Shown: positions 8,464 to 14,989, counted from the stretch's first letter. The stretch: DNA of 32,000 nucleotides from Kiritimatiella glycovorans (GCF_001017655.1 NZ_CP010904.1:240001-272000), one strand, 5' to 3'. Notes: a model not told the origin generated them from the sequence alone. A program made the numbers and translations.

Positions 8464-9649
8464 GGCAGATTCCTCCGTCGATGGCGGCCAGGAGTGCGAG
8501 GAACTGGGCCATCCCGTTGTAGAGCGGCTGCAGCGCGATCCGCTCCTCCGGAGTGTGCAGGTGCTCCGCCTCGGTCAGGCCGATCGTAACTCCGGGGATC
8601 CCATGCTCGATCAGCGAGGAAAGCTCGGAGATGCTGGGTGTGATGCGGGGTTCCATGTCCAGCGTTTCGATGATGCGGCGGCTGGTGCGGACGAGCGGGT
8701 GGCGCATGGTGAGTCCGCCGGGATGGCGCCGGGCGACCGTCTGCAGCTCGACCTCGCTGTCGGTGAGTGCGGCCACCTCGGCGGCGATCTCCTCGAGGCG
8801 TTCATGGATGTCGTGGACCTGTTCCTCGGATTCGCTGCGGACTTCGAAACGAAGGAGGCCCTCCGTCGGGATCACATTGTACCCCTTGCCCCCTTCGATC
8901 GAGCCGAGCACGATCGAGGTGCGCGGCCGGCGGGGGAGGGGAATGGCGAGGATGCGGTTGATGACCTCGTTGAGCGTGAGCAGCGCATTGGTCGCGCCGC
9001 GCTGGATCCAGTCGAATTCTTCCGGCACCCGGCAGCGGATCTCGCCGCGCAGCATTCCGGCGGAGATGTAACTGAGCCTGCCGAGCTGGGCGCCCTCTAC
9101 GCAGAGCCCGGCCTCCAGGGGCAGCGTATTGTTATCGAGGAAGAAGTTGAGTCCCTCCAGGTTGCCCCGGCCCAGGCCGCGGACCGCGCCCATCAGTACG
9201 AGATGGCACTGCAGCCGTATGTCCAGCCGCTCGAGGATCGTGGGCAGCGAGGCGAGCATCGCCATCCCGAGGCTGTTGTCGGCGACGCCGGGGCCGACGA
9301 CGGCGTCATGCCCTACCGTCAGCGAATGATCGACCGACCGCGGGAACACCGTGTCCGCATGCGCGACCACCAGAATGTTGCGGTTTGATTCCTGTCCCGG
9401 AAGGATGCCGACACCGTTCCCGATCTCATCGATCGAGGTGTTCTGAAGGCCGCATTCGCTGAAGCGCTGTACGAGAAATTCGATCCGTTCGCGCTCATCG
9501 AACGTCGGGGCGGGAATCTCGCCGATCATGACCAGGTTCGCCATGAGGGTTTCCCTCACCGCGGGAAGGGCCTCAAGCCACTGCGGCAATGGATCCGGAA
9601 GAACCGCGTCGGAACCCGGCAACGTCTTCTTGTGCTTGTTTTTCGTCAT
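8450..9649 (-). CDS. M20-family metallohydrolase-like protein (possibly catalytically degenerate)
   Basis: M20 landmarks are present: VVAHADTV (HxD), GVADNSLG (bridging Asp) and a C-terminal HTPEERI. The start is placed at ATG 9649 (MTKNKHKK). The 3' end overlaps the gpgS start by 14 nt. Confidence 0.7.
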   Translation of the reverse strand: MTKNKHKKTLPGSDAVLPDPLPQWLEALPAVRETLMANLVMIGEIPAPTFDERERIEFLVQRFSECGLQNTSIDEIGNGVGILPGQESNRNILVVAHADTVFPRSVDHSLTVGHDAVVGPGVADNSLGMAMLASLPTILERLDIRLQCHLVLMGAVRGLGRGNLEGLNFFLDNNTLPLEAGLCVEGAQLGRLSYISAGMLRGEIRCRVPEEFDWIQRGATNALLTLNEVINRILAIPLPRRPRTSIVLGSIEGGKGYNVIPTEGLLRFEVRSESEEQVHDIHERLEEIAAEVAALTDSEVELQTVARRHPGGLTMRHPLVRTSRRIIETLDMEPRITPSISELSSLIEHGIPGVTIGLTEAEHLHTPEERIALQPLYNGMAQFLALLAAIDGGICHDAE

Positions 9650-9871
9650 GGTCGGCGTATTCGGGAGATCGTATGAGAAACCGCAAACGCCGGGATGATA
9701 CCCCAAGGCTTCAAGTCGACGCAACCCGCGACACGCCGCGGGATTTTGCTTTAATTAAGACCGGATTTGTCCTATTTTAACGGCGTTGGTTTCGTCAGGA
9801 GTCGCGCAGCGGGTCGTCACGATCCGCGAACCGGTTCATTCCGGTCGCGCCTTGGGTCATGACATTCTGCA

Positions 9872-9900
9872 GGCCCGCCCGGAGGCGGGCCTTGATTTCG
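9872..9900 (+). promoter_or_regulatory. Terminator/attenuator-like hairpin in the rubredoxin leader
   Basis: GGCCCGCC-CGGA-GGCGGGCC (perfect 8-bp stem, 9872-9891) followed by TTGATTTCG. It lies 45 nt upstream of the rubredoxin ATG, and there is no plus-strand gene upstream to terminate. Confidence 0.4.
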
Positions 9901-9944
9901 CCGCGCGGGCAAGGGGTTCGCGCGGAAATCCGGGGAGCAACAGC

Positions 9945-10106
9945 ATGAGATACGTCTGCGAGATTTGCGGTTTTCTTTACGATCCCTCCGAAGGGGTTCC
10001 CGAGTGCAATATTCCTCCCGGCTTCCCGTTCGATCGGGTGGACGAGGACTGGAACTGTCCGGAGTGCGGCTCCGGGAAGGACAACTTTACGCTGCTGCGG
10101 GGTTGA
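9945..10106 (+). CDS. Rubredoxin
   Basis: 53 aa with two CxxCG knuckles (CEICG, CPECG) and the conserved YDP and DWxCPxCGxxKxxF pattern. GGGGAG lies 7 nt upstream of the ATG. Confidence 0.9.
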   Translation: MRYVCEICGFLYDPSEGVPECNIPPGFPFDRVDEDWNCPECGSGKDNFTLLRG

Positions 10107-10178
10107 CACCCTCCGTTCCACCCTCTACATTCCTCGCTTCGTTTCAGTGAAACAGCAGGAATTCTAAGGAACCGGAAC

Positions 10179-10496
10179 ATGGACTCCTACGCAGTTATCG
10201 AGACGGGCGGCAAACAGTATCTCGTCCAGCCCGGCGACGTGGTTGATCTCGAGCGCCTCGACGGCGCGGCCGGCGACGCGCTGGAATTCGAGCGGGTGCT
10301 GGCGGCCTCCGACGGGGGCGAACTCAAGGTGGGCAGCCCCGTCGTGGAGGGCGCGAAGGTCAGGGCCACGGTGCAGGAACAGAAGCGCGGCCCGAAAGTG
10401 GTGGCGTTCAAGAAGAAGCGCCGCAAAGGCTACCGCCGCAAGGTGGGTCACCGCCAGGAACTGACGCGGGTCAAAGTGGACGGCATCGAGTGTTAG
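10179..10496 (+). CDS. rplU: 50S ribosomal protein L21
   Basis: YAVIETGGKQYLVQPGD N-terminus and KKRRKGYRRKVGHRQ C-terminal region. AAGGA RBS present. Confidence 0.95.
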   Translation: MDSYAVIETGGKQYLVQPGDVVDLERLDGAAGDALEFERVLAASDGGELKVGSPVVEGAKVRATVQEQKRGPKVVAFKKKRRKGYRRKVGHRQELTRVKVDGIEC

Positions 10497-10497
10497 G

Positions 10498-10515
10498 CGC
10501 CCTCCGGAGGGCGCG
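10498..10515 (+). other. Perfect 18-nt GC palindrome between rplU and rpmA
   Basis: GCGCCCTCCGGAGGGCGC begins immediately after the rplU stop. No U-tract follows it. Confidence 0.5.
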
Positions 10516-10532
10516 ACCGCGGGAGGTCGATC

Positions 10533-10787
10533 ATGGCGCATAAAAAAGGACAGGGATCTTCGAGCAACGGCCGCGACAGCAATGCCCAGCGGAGGGGCAT
10601 CAAGCGGTTCGGCGGTCAGCAGGTGCGTGCCGGCAGCATTCTCGTACGCCAGCTCGGCACACGGTACCGGCCCGGAAAAAACGTCAAGCTCGCCCGTGAT
10701 TATACGCTCTTCGCGCTCAAGGACGGCGTGGTCGAGTTCGACAAGGCCGGCCGGCGTGTCAACGTGCGCGTTCCCGAACCCGCCTGA
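10533..10787 (+). CDS. rpmA: 50S ribosomal protein L27
   Basis: [29 protein letters not shown] is the canonical L27 N-terminus. Confidence 0.95.
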   Translation: MAHKKGQGSSSNGRDSNAQRRGIKRFGGQQVRAGSILVRQLGTRYRPGKNVKLARDYTLFALKDGVVEFDKAGRRVNVRVPEPA

Positions 10788-10794
10788 CATCCGC

Positions 10795-11805
10795 ATGTTC
10801 AAAGACAGGGTCGTGCTCTACGCGAGGGCGGGTGACGGCGGCGACGGTGCGGCCTCCTTCCGCCGCGAGAAATTTGTCCCCCGCGGCGGCCCGGACGGCG
10901 GCGACGGCGGAAACGGCGGGAACGTCGTTCTGGAGGCGGATCCCCAGGTGGATTCGCTGGTCGATCTCTACTTTCGTCCCCATGCCCGTGCGCAGCACGG
11001 GGGCCGCGGACGCGGAAAGAAAATGCACGGAAAAGACGGGGCGGAGTGCCGTTTGCGCGTGCCCTGCGGAACCGTAATCCGCGACGGGGAATCGGGGGAG
11101 GTCGAAGGCGAACTGGTCGAGGCGGGCGACGAACGGGTCGTGGCGCGCGGCGGTCGCGGCGGACTCGGAAACTGCCACTTCACCAGTTCCACCAATCGCG
11201 CTCCGCGACGGTTCACCCCGGGCGGGCCGGGCGACGAGCGCCGGCTGACGATTGAACTCAAGATCGTCGCGCATGCCGGCCTGGTGGGCTACCCGAACGC
11301 AGGGAAGTCCACGCTGCTCTCGCGGATCTCCGCGGCGAAGCCGAAGGTTGCGGGCTATCCGTTTACCACCCTTAATCCCATCATCGGTACGGTGAAGTTC
11401 GACGATTACACTTCCGTCCGCGTGGCGGACATCCCGGGGCTGATCGACGGCGCGCACGAAGGCGTGGGCCTGGGGTTCGATTTTCTGCGCCATATCGAGC
11501 GGACCGAGGTCCTTCTATTTGTGCTGGACATGGCCGGAAGCGAGGGTCGCGATCCGGTCGAGGACTACCAGCGCCTGCGCGGGGAATTGCGTTGCTACCG
11601 GGAAGACCTGGACGAGCGGCCGCGGCTGATCCTGGCCAACAAGATGGACCTGCCGGAGGCGGACGATAATCTGAAGCGGTTCCGTGCCGGGACCGACGAA
11701 TCCGTCCTGCCGTTGTCCGCCGCTGCCGGCGAGGGGCTCGACGCCGTGCGCTCATGGCTGGCCGGGCACTTCTCAAAGGACCTGAGCCGCCGCGCCGATT
11801 CTTGA
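10795..11805 (+). CDS. obg: GTPase Obg/CgtA
   Basis: MFKDRV...GGDGGDGAASFRREKF...GGPDGGDGGNGG is the Obg fold glycine-rich N-domain. G1 motif GYPNAGKST, G3 DIPGLI and NKMD are present. The track ORF from 10582 is an upstream extension overlapping rpmA. Confidence 0.93.
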   Translation: MFKDRVVLYARAGDGGDGAASFRREKFVPRGGPDGGDGGNGGNVVLEADPQVDSLVDLYFRPHARAQHGGRGRGKKMHGKDGAECRLRVPCGTVIRDGESGEVEGELVEAGDERVVARGGRGGLGNCHFTSSTNRAPRRFTPGGPGDERRLTIELKIVAHAGLVGYPNAGKSTLLSRISAAKPKVAGYPFTTLNPIIGTVKFDDYTSVRVADIPGLIDGAHEGVGLGFDFLRHIERTEVLLFVLDMAGSEGRDPVEDYQRLRGELRCYREDLDERPRLILANKMDLPEADDNLKRFRAGTDESVLPLSAAAGEGLDAVRSWLAGHFSKDLSRRADS

Positions 11806-11849
11806 CATCCGCGCCGGGATCGCTACCCTTCACCGTCGCCATTCACGAC

Positions 11850-11925
11850 GGGCGATTAACTCAGCGGCTAGAGTGCCACCTTCACACGGTGGAAGTCACT
11901 GGTTCGAATCCAGTATCGCCCACCA
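11850..11925 (+). tRNA. tRNA-Val (anticodon CAC), CCA encoded
   Basis: Hand-folded cloverleaf: acceptor GGGCGAT/ATCGCCC, D stem ACTC/GAGT, anticodon stem CCACC/GGTGG with loop TTCACAC, T arm ACTGG-TTCGAAT-CCAGT, discriminator A plus CCA. Total 76 nt. Confidence 0.9.
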
Positions 11926-12072
11926 GCCTACGCTCCTTCGGAGCTTCGGCTGGCACGCCGGAGAGAAGGATCAACAGGAATCAATACCGACCGCTAATGG
12001 ACGCAAATCTACGCGAATAATTCTGGAACTACTCAGGGAACTACCGGAAGTTCCGGACCGCCTGCTCTTACT

Positions 12073-12118
12073 CAGGTCTCAAGTTTCAGGTCTCACACTC
12101 AAAAAGGTCTCACACTCA
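12073..12118 (+). repeat. Three direct repeats of CAGGTCTCA (the last two are a perfect 14-mer AGGTCTCACACTCA) just upstream of the EIIA-like gene RBS
   Basis: Copies sit at 12073-12081, 12088-12101 and 12105-12118, in a locally low-GC intergenic region. Candidate operator/promoter repeats. Confidence 0.5.
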
Positions 12119-12136
12119 CAAAGAGGAGCCCCCCCC

Positions 12137-12955
12137 ATGACAAGGCTGGCGCAGGCAATGAAACCGGAATGCTGCCGGGCCGGCGCGCATCCCGGCGACC
12201 GTGACGCAGCACTCAGGCTCGTTGCACAGGCGGCGAAAGCGTCCCCTGTCCTCCACCGCATTGGGGAAGACGAGATCTACCGTCTGCTCCGCGAGCGGGA
12301 GGAACTTCAGCCGACTACGGTCGATTCGGGCCGTGCGATCCCGCACTGCCGGATCAGGGACATCTCCGATTTCGTCGCCGGCGTGATCACGGTTCCGGAC
12401 GGCGTGGATTTCGGCGGCGGGAAGGACGATTCGCCGGTCAGGCTGATGGTGTTCATCATCGCGCCCGAGGAGCGCTCCAACGAACACATCAAGCTGCTCT
12501 CCGCGGTCTCCCGCGCGCTGCTGGCGGAGCCTGCGCTGGAGCGCTGTCTGGAGGCCGGCGACGAGGCCGCGCTGCGGGAGACGTTTATTTCGATGGCCCC
12601 CGGACGGGGCGAAACGGCGGCCTCGGGCGCACAGAACATGTTCCACATCTTCATCGAGACCGAAGAGGTTTTCGATCGCGTGATGGAAGTGCTGGCGGGC
12701 ATGGAGAACTGCTCCGTGACGGTGATCGACGTCAAAAGCGCCCAGCAGTACCTGACCCGGATTCCCATTTTCGCCGCTTTTTCCGGCGACGTAGAGATGG
12801 AGAATCTGCGCTGCATCATCGCCGTCGGCGACCGGAAACTGAGCAACGAGGTCATCCGCTCGGTCGACGAGGCCTGCGGCGGACTGGGTCCCGACTGCGG
12901 CGTGCTGCTGACGGTCCAGGAGATCGCCTACACCGGCGGATCGCTTTCGGCATGA
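12137..12955 (+). CDS. PTS EIIA type-2 (EIIA-Ntr/PtsN-like) domain protein with an additional uncharacterised C-terminal domain
   Basis: GRAIPHCRI matches the EIIA-2 phospho-histidine motif (G-x-A-I-P-H), and VRLMVFIIAPE is also typical. AAGAGGAG lies 8 nt upstream of ATG 12137. The C-terminal ~110 aa (MFHIFIETEEVFDRVMEVL...) looks like a small alpha/beta domain of unknown family. Confidence 0.7.
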   Translation: MTRLAQAMKPECCRAGAHPGDRDAALRLVAQAAKASPVLHRIGEDEIYRLLREREELQPTTVDSGRAIPHCRIRDISDFVAGVITVPDGVDFGGGKDDSPVRLMVFIIAPEERSNEHIKLLSAVSRALLAEPALERCLEAGDEAALRETFISMAPGRGETAASGAQNMFHIFIETEEVFDRVMEVLAGMENCSVTVIDVKSAQQYLTRIPIFAAFSGDVEMENLRCIIAVGDRKLSNEVIRSVDEACGGLGPDCGVLLTVQEIAYTGGSLSA

Positions 12956-12968
12956 ACGGGGGCGCGGC

Positions 12969-14189
12969 TTGACGGTTGAGGTTTCCATCCTGGCGCTGCT
13001 GGGCGTGCTGATCATCGGCGGCTACTATGTGGGACAGGCGGTCCGTCCCCTGCGCGTCCCCTCGCTGATCGGCTACATGCTGCTGGGCATCGTGCTGGGA
13101 CCCTCGCTTCTGGGGTGGTTCGACCGCGAAACGCTCGACGGCCTGTCGTTCATCACGGAGATCATCCTTGGCTTCGTCGCGTTCAGCATCGGTGCCGAAC
13201 TCAGCATCGCTTCGCTGAAACAGCAGGGCTGGGGCATCATCTCGATCATCCTCACCGAGAGTCTGCTGGCCTTCGGCCTGGTGACCCTCGCGGTCTACCT
13301 CGTGACCGGCGATCTGCCGATGTCGCTGTTCTTCGGCGCGATGGCGCCCGCGAGCGCGCCGGCGGGCACGGTGGCGGTGATACATGAGACGAAGGCGAAA
13401 GGCCCCCTGACCCGTGCACTGTACGCCGTGGTCGGATTCGACGACGGTCTGGCGATCGTGATCTTCGGCATCGCCGCCGCTGCGGCGCGCTACCTGCTCG
13501 TCAGCGCCGACGGCGGCGAGGTCAACGGCGTCTGGGGCGAGCTGTGGAGGCCGATTCGCGAGCTGCTCTTCAGCGCCGGTATCGGCTGCGGGGTCGGATT
13601 CGTCTTCTGTCTGCTGATGCGCCGGGTCAAGAGCGCCTCCGCCTCGCTCATCCATATCTTCGGCGCGCTGTTCGCGGCGATCGGGCTCTCCCAGATGGCG
13701 CACGCCTCGCTGATCCTGACCAACATGTTCGTGGGGTTTGTGTTGGTGAACTTCTACCGCGAACGCGACGTCCAGCAGGTGACGCGCGAGCTGTACACCC
13801 TGATGCCGCTCATGTTCATCCTTTTCTTCGGCCTTGCGGGCGCCCACCTCCGGCTGGGACTGCTCCCGCAGCTCGGACTCACCGGCGCGGTTTACATGCT
13901 CGCACGCTCCCTGGGGCTGGTCGGCGGCGCACGGATCGGCGCCTTCCTCGGCGGGGTCAGAGGCGTGGTACAGAAGTACGTGGGCATGGGCATCCTCTCG
14001 CAGGCCGGGGTCGCGATCGGCCTGGCCATGATCGTCAAACAGGAACTCGCCTCCGTGGGCGGGGACCACGCCGAACGTATCGGCGCGATGGTGCTGACGA
14101 CCGTGACCGCGACCTCCGTAATTTTCGAAATCATCGGCCCCATGCTCGCCAGGCACGCCCTTGAGAAAGCGGGGGAGACAAGGGGTTGA
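12969..14189 (+). CDS. Cation:proton antiporter (CPA2/Kef-type Na+/H+ or K+/H+ exchanger membrane domain, no fused RCK/KTN domain)
   Basis: Entirely hydrophobic 406-aa protein. The N-terminal LRVPSLIGYMLLGIVLGPSLLGW is typical of the Na_H_exchanger family. TTG start lies 13 nt after the EIIA-like gene stop. Confidence 0.8.
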   Translation: MTVEVSILALLGVLIIGGYYVGQAVRPLRVPSLIGYMLLGIVLGPSLLGWFDRETLDGLSFITEIILGFVAFSIGAELSIASLKQQGWGIISIILTESLLAFGLVTLAVYLVTGDLPMSLFFGAMAPASAPAGTVAVIHETKAKGPLTRALYAVVGFDDGLAIVIFGIAAAAARYLLVSADGGEVNGVWGELWRPIRELLFSAGIGCGVGFVFCLLMRRVKSASASLIHIFGALFAAIGLSQMAHASLILTNMFVGFVLVNFYRERDVQQVTRELYTLMPLMFILFFGLAGAHLRLGLLPQLGLTGAVYMLARSLGLVGGARIGAFLGGVRGVVQKYVGMGILSQAGVAIGLAMIVKQELASVGGDHAERIGAMVLTTVTATSVIFEIIGPMLARHALEKAGETRG

Positions 14190-14193
14190 AAGT

Positions 14194-14288
14194 GAGGCAG
14201 GGGCAGGGGTAGGGGCAGAGTAAGAATCAGAATCAGAATCAGAGTCAGAGTTAGAGTTAGAATCAGAATCAGAGTAAGAGTAAGAGGG
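14194..14288. repeat. Hexamer-periodic simple-sequence tract grading from GGGGCA/GGGGTA units into eleven AGARTN units (AGAATC, AGAGTC, AGAGTT, AGAGTA)
   Basis: Read directly: GAGGCA GGGGCA GGGGTA GGGGCA, then AGAGTA, AGAATC x3, AGAGTC, AGAGTT x2, AGAATC x2, AGAGTA x2 (14217-14282). The tract is intergenic, between the antiporter stop (14189) and the yceD start (14311). Confidence 0.9.
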
Positions 14289-14310
14289 CGGAAGGTAACG
14301 CCCGGCAGTC

Positions 14311-14772
14311 ATGATTGCAGTATTGACCAGAATACCCGAGCGAGGCGTGCGTGTGGAGGGCGAGGAGCCTCCGGGCGTGCTCGAGCTGGAAGAAGACCCG
14401 ATCGCGCGCGAGGAGAGTCCCGTGCGCTGGGAGCTGGAGCTGCAGCTGGTAAGCCGCGAACTGGTGGTGCGCGGGTCGGTCTCCGCAGGCGTGCGGCTCC
14501 GCTGCGCACGTTGCGGGGATTTTTTCTCGACAACCCTGCAAGATTCTTCTTTTCTTCGCGGTTACCCCGTAGATGAGGGAATCGCGGAAGTGGACATTAC
14601 GCCGGATCTGAGGGAGGCGCTCCTGCTCAACCTGGAGGCCTATTCGCTCTGCCGGCCGGAGTGCCGGGGGATCTGCCCACAGTGCGGTAAAAATCTGAAT
14701 GAAGGCCCCTGCGGTTGCCGTCCGGAAGAAGGCCCCGGGCCGTGGGATGAACTCGACAACCTGAACCTGTGA
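14311..14772 (+). CDS. yceD: DUF177 / YceD family protein (large-subunit ribosome-associated; conserved partner of rpmF)
   Basis: Cys motifs RCARCGD and CRPECRGICPQCGKNLNEGPCGC are typical of DUF177. It occupies the conserved position upstream of rpmF-plsX. Confidence 0.85.
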   Translation: MIAVLTRIPERGVRVEGEEPPGVLELEEDPIAREESPVRWELELQLVSRELVVRGSVSAGVRLRCARCGDFFSTTLQDSSFLRGYPVDEGIAEVDITPDLREALLLNLEAYSLCRPECRGICPQCGKNLNEGPCGCRPEEGPGPWDELDNLNL

Positions 14773-14803
14773 GCGCCGGTCGGCGCCGCTGAGGGAGCGT
14801 ATC

Positions 14804-14989
14804 ATGGCTGTACCGAAGACTAAGAAGTCCAAGAGCAAGAAGCGCATGCGCAAGGCGGCGATCCGCAAGCCCTGCGCCCGGGCGCAGAGTTGCGAACAGT
14901 GTGGCGCGGACAAGCTCGCGCATCGCGTGTGCCCGAGCTGCGGTTACTACCGCGGGCGCCAGGTCGTCACCGTCAGCGACGAAGACTGA
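14804..14989 (+). CDS. rpmF: 50S ribosomal protein L32
   Basis: MAVPKTKKSKSKKRMR N-terminus and zinc-ribbon CxxC...CxxCG. Confidence 0.95.
   Translation: MAVPKTKKSKSKKRMRKAAIRKPCARAQSCEQCGADKLAHRVCPSCGYYRGRQVVTVSDED

Noticed and set aside
6095-9388. Plus-strand ORFs 6095-7192, 7561-8589 and 8432-9388
   Set aside because: They are antisense to the GT4-like, gpgS and M20-like genes and have no recognisable domains. They are shadow ORFs.
9786-9944. In-frame 53-codon N-terminal extension of rubredoxin from TTG 9786
   Set aside because: Rubredoxins are ~50-55 aa. GGGGAG precedes ATG 9945, and the extension is occupied by three stable hairpins.
11873-12136. Upstream extension of the EIIA-like ORF running through tRNA-Val, and ORF 11754-12020
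   Set aside because: Both overlap a well-folded tRNA gene. The strong RBS AAGAGGAG before ATG 12137 marks the real start.
11850-12136. Genomic-island integration at tRNA-Val
   Set aside because: No integrase is present, I found no direct repeat of the tRNA 3' end in the window, and the downstream genes have native-looking GC and codon usage. Only the short spacer is AT-richer.
14194-14288. Hexamer tract considered as a CRISPR array or a coding repeat
   Set aside because: The units are 6 nt with no spacers, so it is not CRISPR. All three plus-strand frames contain stops, and the only open minus-strand frame belongs to the rejected antisense ORF.
12852-14312. 486-aa minus-strand ORF whose N-terminus reads SYSYSDSDSNSNSDSDSDSDS across the hexamer repeat
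   Set aside because: Most of its length is antisense to the clearly hydrophobic antiporter, and the remainder is Arg/Asp/His-rich junk. The Ser-Asp run is just the hexamer repeat read in frame. There is no RBS, and the start overlaps the yceD ATG.
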